This document shows positions 27,711-35,270 of a DNA stretch of 49,675 nucleotides, piece by piece (position 1 is the stretch's first letter; the number at the start of each line of letters is the position of its first letter). The notes beneath the pieces were generated by a model. That model was not told the origin of the DNA. It saw only the letters and a list, made by a program, of their open reading frames with translations, and searched no databases. This DNA comes from a virus (lineage: Duplodnaviria > Caudoviricetes). The stretch lies in the IMG/VR virus record IMGVR_UViG_3300020045_002457, positions 1 through 49,675 of that record, one strand, 5' to 3'. A program made the position numbers and the translations under genes.

Positions 27711-28255
27711 TTGGTGTTGGTGAGTTACCAGTAACCGATTGCGCGTATTCCAGCTCTTTAATCTGGGGCGGTCCTAACTGGTAATTCACCAACATTATAT
27801 CGGGCTAGACTTGATTCTAGCTTATCAGAGTCCCCTCGCAACACTCGAAGTTTGCGGGCTGGCGCACACCTACTCTGAACCCCACCAGTCGTACACGTCC
27901 TTCCGTGTTGCCGATGTAATGTTGGTGCTGTCTTTCCAGCTGTCGACCGATTAACTCGGTAATGTTCTGCGACACCGTTACTACCATACGGGCTAAACCT
28001 TATTGCAGGTCGTGTGAGATGTGACGTTAATCACCGCAGACTGTCTCGTTTTGTTAGCCTGAATGTCGCAGCTCTAATTACTGAAACATTGACTCAGTCA
28101 CCAACATCGAATCGTATTAAAACGGCGCTAGCGTGAACGCTTAAACCGACTGACATAATACGATTCGATGTTGAAGCTGGTAACGCCAGCTAGTCGGTTG
28201 CTTAATTCCTATGTAGCTAAACACATTAAGCGCGGTATCAAAGGAGCGTCATGAT
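27711..28255. ncRNA. Putative multi-domain structured ncRNA array
   Basis: ORF-free region with stems 27715-32/27777-94, 27795-803/27911-19, 27919-27/28099-107, 28102-19/28156-73 and many internal helices; minus-strand promoter at 28263-28290. Confidence 0.65.
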
Positions 28256-28260
28256 TAAGG

Positions 28261-28389
28261 TCATTTTACGTTGCTAGGCGGCTTTGTCAAGCACTTCGGG
28301 CAAATATTTTTAACACACTTCAAATCAATCGCCCCGCAACGTGTGCACTCACAACTTACCGGCTTGCGCTGTTTGATTTTTATTTTCAT
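28261..28389 (-). CDS. 42-aa Zn-ribbon peptide
   Basis: MKIKIKQRKPVSCECTRCGAIDLKCVKNICPKCLTK..; two CxxC motifs; starts 2 nt after the upstream stop. Confidence 0.55.
   Translation of the reverse strand: MKIKIKQRKPVSCECTRCGAIDLKCVKNICPKCLTKPPSNVK
28263..28290 (-). promoter_or_regulatory. sigma70-like promoter pointing into the structured region
   Basis: TTGACA-16-TAAAAT with a CGCCT variant of the motif. Confidence 0.65.
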
Positions 28390-28391
28390 GA

Positions 28392-28715
28392 TTAAAACCC
28401 ATCCACACCAAATTCGTACCGGTTTTGAAGTGTGCATTCAGATACCACTCTAGGTAGCACGCCGTAAAATGTTTTCAAACGCACATCCCACTCCCAATCA
28501 GATAAACCCTCCCAGCGAGACTTATCGGAAAAAGGCTTTCTCGGTATGTTTGCTAACGCCCACTCGTTTAGTTGAAGAATCAAACGTTGTAACGCAAAGT
28601 CTTTAGGGTTGTCATTGGTAATCCGCCATGCCTGAGTGTGTACATTCCATTTAATGTGAGGCTTCACTTTAACTGTCGACTCAATGGCGCGTAATTTAAA
28701 CCATGATCCAAACAT
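28392..28715 (-). CDS. Hypothetical protein
   Basis: AAGG RBS; adjacent to the upstream gene. Confidence 0.7.
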   Translation of the reverse strand: MFGSWFKLRAIESTVKVKPHIKWNVHTQAWRITNDNPKDFALQRLILQLNEWALANIPRKPFSDKSRWEGLSDWEWDVRLKTFYGVLPRVVSECTLQNRYEFGVDGF

Positions 28716-28716
28716 G

Positions 28717-29265
28717 TCACACCTTCATCGGTATGATGACCGCCATAATTGAAATACCGTTATCATAACCGCTAGTCAGCAGCGGTGCGTTATCTTTACC
28801 GCGTGTCTCGAATTTGACCACTGATTGACCGTCACCTAGCGTCTGCATTGTCTTTGTGACCGCGACGACTAAATCCATATCAAGGTGAACAGGTTCGGCG
28901 ACGTTCGGTTTACCGAGCATCATTGCGCGTACAATATCGGGATACGGTGTAGGAATCGTTTCGACCGCTGTAGCGCCGATCCACACCGTATTACCATCAA
29001 CCATGAGCGGCGGGTTACCGTCCTCGTTGACGGCGGCTAGCGAGTCAGTACGGAGCGTTACGTCAGTACCGACAGGCAAGAACATCAACGCAGCGTCGTG
29101 ATTGGTCATGACCACACGGATCGCAGTGACACCTGTCGATGCTTCGAAGATTACGTCGGTCTCGTTCGGGCGATGAACGTGAACGCCGTTGATGTGTTGA
29201 TATTTCTCGTGGTCGCTTGGTGCGTAATTACCAAGTGCTTTTAGTAGTCGGTAAGTGTCGATCAT
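28717..29265 (-). CDS. Sliding-clamp (DnaN beta)-like protein
   Basis: INGVHV...EASTG..AIRV and PYPDIVRAM resemble beta-clamp GV..ATDG/YPD..R motifs; GAGG RBS. Confidence 0.5.
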   Translation of the reverse strand: MIDTYRLLKALGNYAPSDHEKYQHINGVHVHRPNETDVIFEASTGVTAIRVVMTNHDAALMFLPVGTDVTLRTDSLAAVNEDGNPPLMVDGNTVWIGATAVETIPTPYPDIVRAMMLGKPNVAEPVHLDMDLVVAVTKTMQTLGDGQSVVKFETRGKDNAPLLTSGYDNGISIMAVIIPMKV

Positions 29266-29298
29266 TTGATCCTCGGTGCGTTAAGTGGCGATACGGTC

Positions 29299-29327
29299 AT
29301 CTTAAAAGCAAGTGACGCGATTGTCAA
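29299..29327 (-). promoter_or_regulatory. sigma70-like promoter
   Basis: TTGACA-17-TAAGAT with a CGTCA variant of the motif. Confidence 0.7.
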
Positions 29328-29332
29328 CACCT

Positions 29333-29540
29333 AAAATTGGGTTTTATATTTGGGTACGCTAAGTCATTGAATCCACAGTATAATTGGTCGTTTTACCCAA
29401 ATACCGACCCGCTTCACCTATTCACGGCTGGCACGTGTGGTATAGGCTCTTATCTATATCTACAGTAATATATATTTACTGGGTAATTGGGTAATTAGTA
29501 GTATATAGCAATAGAATCAACGACTTAGGAGATACCCCGA
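29333..29540. repeat. Dispersed inverted-repeat element, copy 2 (origin-like)
   Basis: gctaagtcattgaatc (29358) / gaatcaacgacttag (29514); shares acctattcacggctggc and a ~50-nt block with copy 1. Confidence 0.85.
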
Positions 29541-30020
29541 ATGATTACCCTGAAGACTATCGACTTTCAAAAAGCGGTTGATGAGGTATCGCAAGCGATT
29601 AAAGCGCTCGGCGGCAACAAGTCCGTTACTGTGGGTATACACGAGGGAGCGGGTGTTCACGAAGGTGGTGAGATCACAATGGCCCAGCTCGGCGCGGTGA
29701 TGGAGTTCGGAACAGACGACCTACATATACCCGCCCGACCGTGGCTCGTACCAGGCGTTGAGTCCGGCACGGCTGACTATTTGAAGGTCATTGAATCAGG
29801 TCTGCAAAAAGATTTGCCATTTGATACAATACTCGCAAAGGTCGGCGTGAAAGCGGAGGGTCTCGTTAAAATTTATATGACGAATCTACGCAGCCCGCCG
29901 AACGCACCGTCCACTATTGCCAAGAAAGGCAGCGATAATCCATTGATTGACTCTGGCGCATTGCGCGGCTCCGTCACATCGGCGGTACAGTCCACACCAT
30001 TACAGGAAGGTTTGATATGA
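29541..30020 (+). CDS. Neck/tail completion protein
   Basis: VTVGI, EFGT..IPARPWL, PPNAPSTIAKKGSDNPLIDSG. Confidence 0.82.
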   Translation: MITLKTIDFQKAVDEVSQAIKALGGNKSVTVGIHEGAGVHEGGEITMAQLGAVMEFGTDDLHIPARPWLVPGVESGTADYLKVIESGLQKDLPFDTILAKVGVKAEGLVKIYMTNLRSPPNAPSTIAKKGSDNPLIDSGALRGSVTSAVQSTPLQEGLI

Positions 30021-30373
30021 GTTTGTCAATGATCGGTCACGTCGATGACGTGTTTCAGTCCGTGCCGGCGACTCGTACGGTTCATGGTGCCGGCATATGG
30101 GTCGATGGCGTGTGGACGCCGGGCGCTGACGTAACGACCGAGTACGTGGTCACGATTCAACCCGCCACGGATCAAGAGCTGCAATTTTTGAATCAAGGCG
30201 CTGAACGTTTCACCGATGTGCGCCGCGTCTACATTAACGACGGCGACATGGAATCAATCAACGAAACGGGCGATTGGAATTTTCTAGGTAAACGGTGGAA
30301 GTCGATTAAGTGCGACAACCGATACTGGCGCGACTACTGCAAGGTATTTGTGAGTAAATACGATGACCAATAA
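30017..30373 (+). CDS. Head closure/neck protein
   Basis: G.WVDG.W, IQPA...LQ.L..G; synteny. Confidence 0.7.
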   Translation: MSLSMIGHVDDVFQSVPATRTVHGAGIWVDGVWTPGADVTTEYVVTIQPATDQELQFLNQGAERFTDVRRVYINDGDMESINETGDWNFLGKRWKSIKCDNRYWRDYCKVFVSKYDDQ

Positions 30374-30881
30374 TGAAATTTTTCAATTGTTGCGCGGTAT
30401 CGTAATGACCGTTACGGATGTACCTGAGTGCATCATGGCGGATCAAAACGTCAAAGCACCGAACGGTGAATACGCGACGATTCGCCCGTTACAGTCCGTA
30501 ACGGATCGCGGGCAGGCGAACATTTACGACAAAGATATGCCGGGCGACATTGTGAACACGAACGCTAAAGCGCAAGTGATAGCCACATGCTCGATTAATT
30601 TTTATCGTGGCGATGCGATGCGTCGCGCTCAATTGCTGAAAGAATGCAACAAACGACCCGATGTGAGCATGATGTTATTCAAGGCTAAAGTCGGCTGGCT
30701 CGGTACGGAACCCGTCAATAATTTGACCGCGCTACAGTCGTCAAATTGGGAACAACGCAGCAACATTAATCTGCGAATCGCTTATGAAATCGACAATATC
30801 GCCGACGTGAACAACATCCTTCACTTCTCACTTGAGCTGCAAGATGATAAAGCGCAAGTGCTTGCTACTTTTTCCAAATAA
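30363..30881 (+). CDS. Tail terminator/neck protein
   Basis: Synteny, directly before the sheath gene. Confidence 0.7.
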   Translation: MTNNEIFQLLRGIVMTVTDVPECIMADQNVKAPNGEYATIRPLQSVTDRGQANIYDKDMPGDIVNTNAKAQVIATCSINFYRGDAMRRAQLLKECNKRPDVSMMLFKAKVGWLGTEPVNNLTALQSSNWEQRSNINLRIAYEIDNIADVNNILHFSLELQDDKAQVLATFSK

Positions 30882-30923
30882 TTCATGCTAAACTCATGAG
30901 AATAATTTAACGAGGGTCACGCC

Positions 30924-32066
30924 GTGTCGTTTCCAGCATCCAATATTATCCAGATTACGACCCGAATCAGTCCAACCGGACTCGGTACGGCTAACTTTGC
31001 CTCGGCGGTACTCTTTGCGCCTAAAGCCGATGTGATTGCTGGCTTTGCCGAAGATACGTACCGCGAATATTTCACGCTGAAAGATTTAGCAGTTGATGTA
31101 TTACCGGCTAGCGAAACGTATCAAGCGGCGGCTAAATACCTCGGTGGTACGCCTGCGACTCGTTCTATCCGCATTTGGGTACGTGCCACGGCTGATACAA
31201 CATGGACGCAGACGCTCGACAAGGCCGGTAATGTGATGTGGTGGTACTGGACGTTTGTTACCAAACCAGTATACGCCGTCGCTGCTAGCGTGCTTGAAAT
31301 CGCCGCATGGTGTGAGTCAATCGGTAGCATGTTCGTCAATTGTCAAACAGGTGCGAATGCCACAGCGATCCGCGACACTGCCGTGACAAGTGATATAGCC
31401 ACGCAATTGACTACGCTCGGTTATCGCCATTGCTTTACAGCGTGTCACGCGACTGATGCTTATTCAGGCATTGCGCTCGCTAAACATTTTGCTGCTGTGA
31501 ATTACTCCGCACAGAATTCCACAATTACGGGCGAATTTAAAAAATCCCCAGGTGTGGCGGCTGAAGATTTGCCAGGCAACGCTAGCGCCGCGATGATGTT
31601 GCCCGCTAAAAAAGCCACGTTTTACAGTGTGATCGATAATCAGGGTTCGGTCGATGCGGGTCGCTGGCTCAATACCTATACGCACAGTACATACGGCGAA
31701 TTCATCGACGATATAGTTAACCTAGACGCAATGATTAATGCGTTGACGGTTGGCCTGTACAACATGGTCGCCAATCAAACGACTAAGCTGCGCCAAACCC
31801 CGCCGGGTCAAGCCGCTTTGATCGGTGCGACTCGCCGTGTCGGTGAGCAATATGTGCGTAATGCTTACCTTGGTCCACGCAACTACATCGATCCAGACGA
31901 TGGTATTACGAAATATACTGTAGGTTATGAAATTCTGACCAAGCCGGAAGATATTTTGGATTTGTCAGAAGCGGACCGTAACGCGCGTAAATCAGCACCT
32001 ATTCGTATGCGCCTATTCCGTGCCGGTGCGATCCACCTCGTACAAGTCAGCCTCGACGTCTATTAA
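30924..32066 (+). CDS. Tail sheath protein (DUF3383 family)
   Basis: ITGEFK..PGV, FIDDIVNLD, R.ARK, AGAIH.V. Confidence 0.88.
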   Translation: MSFPASNIIQITTRISPTGLGTANFASAVLFAPKADVIAGFAEDTYREYFTLKDLAVDVLPASETYQAAAKYLGGTPATRSIRIWVRATADTTWTQTLDKAGNVMWWYWTFVTKPVYAVAASVLEIAAWCESIGSMFVNCQTGANATAIRDTAVTSDIATQLTTLGYRHCFTACHATDAYSGIALAKHFAAVNYSAQNSTITGEFKKSPGVAAEDLPGNASAAMMLPAKKATFYSVIDNQGSVDAGRWLNTYTHSTYGEFIDDIVNLDAMINALTVGLYNMVANQTTKLRQTPPGQAALIGATRRVGEQYVRNAYLGPRNYIDPDDGITKYTVGYEILTKPEDILDLSEADRNARKSAPIRMRLFRAGAIHLVQVSLDVY

Positions 32067-32078
32067 AGGTAATGATTC

Positions 32079-32489
32079 ATGATCAATAATTTTTCAACAG
32101 ATTTAAACGTTGTGGTCATCAATGGTCGCCAGATTACCGATTGGGGCGAGGCGGCAACGCCGTACACCGATGACCCGATTGATCCAGCCAGCGCATTACG
32201 TCGCGGTATGGGTGGTAATGCGATCCGTTTGGATCGTAAAAACCCTGGTCGTCAAGTCACGATCCATTTGAATCCGGGCAGTCCTGACAGTGCGTTTATG
32301 CAAGGTTTGTTCGCAAGTCGCGCAAATATCAATTTGGAACGCACGCAAATTGGTACGCTTGAATCATCTATCGGCGTCGAAGGCGTGATGATCAATGATG
32401 GTTCGGTTGGTCGTGCCGGTATGACGATTACCGATGATATTTATATCATGGCGTTCAACGGATGGACTGCTTCGAAAGGTGGTAAATAA
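32079..32489 (+). CDS. Tail tube protein
   Basis: Follows the sheath gene; ~136 aa, beta-rich. Confidence 0.8.
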   Translation: MINNFSTDLNVVVINGRQITDWGEAATPYTDDPIDPASALRRGMGGNAIRLDRKNPGRQVTIHLNPGSPDSAFMQGLFASRANINLERTQIGTLESSIGVEGVMINDGSVGRAGMTITDDIYIMAFNGWTASKGGK

Positions 32490-32902
32490 TGGCGCATACG
32501 CAGCAATTTACCATCGGTAACGCAACGTACAATGCGGTGCGGGCTTCGGCGGTTGATCAAGATCGTTTGCTCAGTATCATTGCCGACCATGTGACGATTC
32601 GCGGTCTCAATCTGATGAAGATTGGTGGCGGTGAGTTGAGTGACCGTGAATTGATCCCGATGTTTATCAGTATGCCGCAAGACGTTAAATCGCAAATTGT
32701 GACTATCCTGATGGGTCGTGTCGTCGTGAATGGTGGTGATACGCTGATTAGTCGTGCTGACTTTGACGGTAAAATGGTTGAGTACAACACGCTATTATCA
32801 CAGTTGCTGCAATGGAATCTCGCTGATTTTTTTACATGGTTGGGCAGCGTCCTAAGCGCCGACTTAGCCCCCGCTCCGACAGCGGAAAATCCAGCGCCGT
32901 AA
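32489..32902 (+). CDS. Tail assembly chaperone (G-like)
   Basis: Between tube and tape measure; N.ADFF motif coincides with a T7 slippery site. Confidence 0.78.
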   Translation: MAHTQQFTIGNATYNAVRASAVDQDRLLSIIADHVTIRGLNLMKIGGGELSDRELIPMFISMPQDVKSQIVTILMGRVVVNGGDTLISRADFDGKMVEYNTLLSQLLQWNLADFFTWLGSVLSADLAPAPTAENPAP

Positions 32903-33066
32903 ATTGGTACTTGATGCGTCCATGTGTCGGTATTCCCGACGTTTGCCCGCCATTGTGCAAATGGTCGGATTTAACGGACGGTACGTATAGTCTTGGCGAT
33001 ATTGAGCGATTTAATCAAACGATTCAAGAATTATTCAATGAAGAAGAGAAAGCCCGTTCATCGTAG
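32836..33066 (+). CDS. Tail assembly chaperone, -1 frame extension (T-like)
   Basis: The -1 frame opens immediately at T-TTT-TTT (32827-32833); VNWYLMRP...LTDGTYSL.D. Confidence 0.65.
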   Translation: MVGQRPKRRLSPRSDSGKSSAVNWYLMRPCVGIPDVCPPLCKWSDLTDGTYSLGDIERFNQTIQELFNEEEKARSS

Positions 33067-33076
33067 CGGGCTTTTT
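33049..33076 (+). terminator. Terminator-like hairpin
   Basis: AAAGCCCG...CGGGCTTT followed by TT. Confidence 0.7.
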
Positions 33077-33090
33077 GACTGGAGCAGATC

Positions 33091-34308
33091 ATGTCGCGCG
33101 TACTGAGTTCATTTTTAATCGGGATCGGTTGGGACACGACTGAACTCGAAAAAGGCAGTAAAAAAATTGCCGAGTCGATGGGTGCGGCTAAATCGACCGC
33201 GCTGATGACTGGCGCGGCGCTCGCTTCGGCGGCCGTCGCTATCGGTATGGCTATTGGGCATAACGCGGTGAGTATCGACCGACTTAATCTCTCGCTCAAT
33301 AAAATGAGTAGTAGTCGCGCTGATGTGCTCGGTCTTGGTACGGCGTTTCAATTGCTCGGTGGTAACGCCGCGGATGCAGTGAGCGAGATTGACCGTATCG
33401 AGCAGATGATGGCTAACTTCCGAGTCAAGGGTGAAACTGGTGCACTCGGGCAATTGGCGTTTATTCCCAGAGCGGTAACTGAGCGAATCCTGTCAGCTAA
33501 AACTGGGATGGAATTTTACACCCGACTACAACGTGAATCCGTGGGGTTGTCGAAAGATCAAGCGCGCGTATTGCAAGAAGCGCTCGGACTATCTGACGCC
33601 AGCTTAAAATTGATGCAGATGGGTAGTGATGAATTTGATCATCGAATCAATCAAGGTAAAGAACTAAATTATCAAACTGACTCGCTCAATGAAAACGCGC
33701 GCAAATATAACGAGCAATGGGAAACTACTAAAAAATTAGTTGGTAATGTGGCGGACTCAATTACCGATAAAATGCTTCCCGGTATGAATCAAAGTCTCGG
33801 TGTGCTGAACGAATTTATCACCAAGAACAAAGATATTATCGACAAAATCGGTAATTTCATTTCCAAGAATAACGATGTATTTATTGTGCCGAAAGCTATC
33901 GCCGCTGCGGCGGGTGAAGGTGTTGATGCCGTTGCTAACTCGCGTATCGTAAAAGAGGCAGTTACAAACGCTAATAAAATGACACCGGTTATTAAGGCGA
34001 AAGAAGCGTACAAGGCTGGTGTTGATCTTTGGCACGCGTACCCCCAAGGTGCTACGCCCGATATGCGCGGTACGGGTTATGGGCCGCAATCAATGAGTAT
34101 GGCGTCTACGCGCGCCGCTGCGGGCGAGTCGCTGGCTAATCGTATTGGTGATAAAGTATCAACCGCCGTACCGTCTACGCAGCCGCGATTCGTCAATGAG
34201 GTGAATGTTCATCTAGACGGGCGTATAATTGATCAACAGGTGACGGAAGTGAACGCACGCCGTACTAAGTCCACATTGGAAGATCTACGCAGCACAACGG
34301 CGCGATAA
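33091..34308 (+). CDS. Tape measure protein (short, 405 aa)
   Basis: SFLIGIGWD N-terminus, Ala-rich helical body, VNVHLDGR C-terminus; synteny. Confidence 0.82.
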   Translation: MSRVLSSFLIGIGWDTTELEKGSKKIAESMGAAKSTALMTGAALASAAVAIGMAIGHNAVSIDRLNLSLNKMSSSRADVLGLGTAFQLLGGNAADAVSEIDRIEQMMANFRVKGETGALGQLAFIPRAVTERILSAKTGMEFYTRLQRESVGLSKDQARVLQEALGLSDASLKLMQMGSDEFDHRINQGKELNYQTDSLNENARKYNEQWETTKKLVGNVADSITDKMLPGMNQSLGVLNEFITKNKDIIDKIGNFISKNNDVFIVPKAIAAAAGEGVDAVANSRIVKEAVTNANKMTPVIKAKEAYKAGVDLWHAYPQGATPDMRGTGYGPQSMSMASTRAAAGESLANRIGDKVSTAVPSTQPRFVNEVNVHLDGRIIDQQVTEVNARRTKSTLEDLRSTTAR

Positions 34309-34317
34309 GGGGTTATT

Positions 34318-34974
34318 GTGAGTTTAGTCAGCATATTTACAAAACAAGCGCCGACCATTGCTGGTTTAACCTTCGACGCGGTGCTTGAAGATCATTTGAC
34401 GATCAGCGTCGAGCTGACGTCATACCCCGTCGAGTCCGGCGCGCGCGTTAATGACCATCGCATCGTCAATCCGATTAAATGGATCATGACCGGCGCAATT
34501 ACCGATAATCCATTACAGACCCAACTTACCGACTTTCTCGGTGGTGCACTATCCAATATTACAAACAGCGGCGTCATCGCTGGGTTTGGTGGGTTATCGG
34601 CGGGATTCTTGGCGGGTGACTCGAATGGTCGGTCAAGTGCGGCGTTGCAGACATTGATCGAGCTGATGCTGACAGGTGAGCCGTTCAATGTGGACGCTAT
34701 CGACATCCAGCTGAACAACATGGTGATGACGCGGTTGAGTCGTGGTAAAGACCCTGAGACTGAAAACGGTTTAATATTCGTTGCGGAATTGCAGGAATTA
34801 ATCACGCTGGATCGTTTACCAATGCTGGGCCAGCCGCAACAATATCAATTGCGTGACGGCGACGTGTCTAAGTCGGCAATTGCAGGCATGATTAAAAAAG
34901 GTCAGGCGGCGATAAAAGAAGCGGGTGTGGCGGTGAATAAAGCAGCCAATGAAGTGCTAGGGAGCGTGTTCTGA
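34318..34974 (+). CDS. Tail tube initiator/distal tail protein
   Basis: FDAVLE..L....TSYPVESGA..NDH. Confidence 0.78.
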   Translation: MSLVSIFTKQAPTIAGLTFDAVLEDHLTISVELTSYPVESGARVNDHRIVNPIKWIMTGAITDNPLQTQLTDFLGGALSNITNSGVIAGFGGLSAGFLAGDSNGRSSAALQTLIELMLTGEPFNVDAIDIQLNNMVMTRLSRGKDPETENGLIFVAELQELITLDRLPMLGQPQQYQLRDGDVSKSAIAGMIKKGQAAIKEAGVAVNKAANEVLGSVF

Positions 34975-35270
34975 TGATTGAGATACCGCTCAAAGGTGGG
35001 TCGGCAAATGCGCACCAACAATTCAGCGTAACAATTGATAACGTCTATCTGACATTTACGCTGAACTATTTGTCGTATGTTGATACGCCAGGCTGGTCAA
35101 TGGATATTACGCGTGACGGATTATTAATCGTTGCCGGTGCAATGCTTGTGCCAGGCGCTGACGTTACCGCGACGTATAACGCAGGTATCGGTCGGTTCAT
35201 TTTTTCCGGTGCCGAACCAACGCTTGATAATTTAGGAATTGCTAACAACCTCACATGGGTGGCTGAATAA
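34974..35270 (+). CDS. Baseplate protein
   Basis: MIEIPL....QQFSVT; synteny. Confidence 0.72.
   Translation: MIEIPLKGGSANAHQQFSVTIDNVYLTFTLNYLSYVDTPGWSMDITRDGLLIVAGAMLVPGADVTATYNAGIGRFIFSGAEPTLDNLGIANNLTWVAE

Noticed and set aside
27795-27919. Canonical tRNA gene
   Set aside because: Cloverleaf-like, but ~125 nt long, with no GTTCRA T-loop, no 7-nt anticodon loop and no standard arm lengths on either strand; kept only as part of the ncRNA candidate
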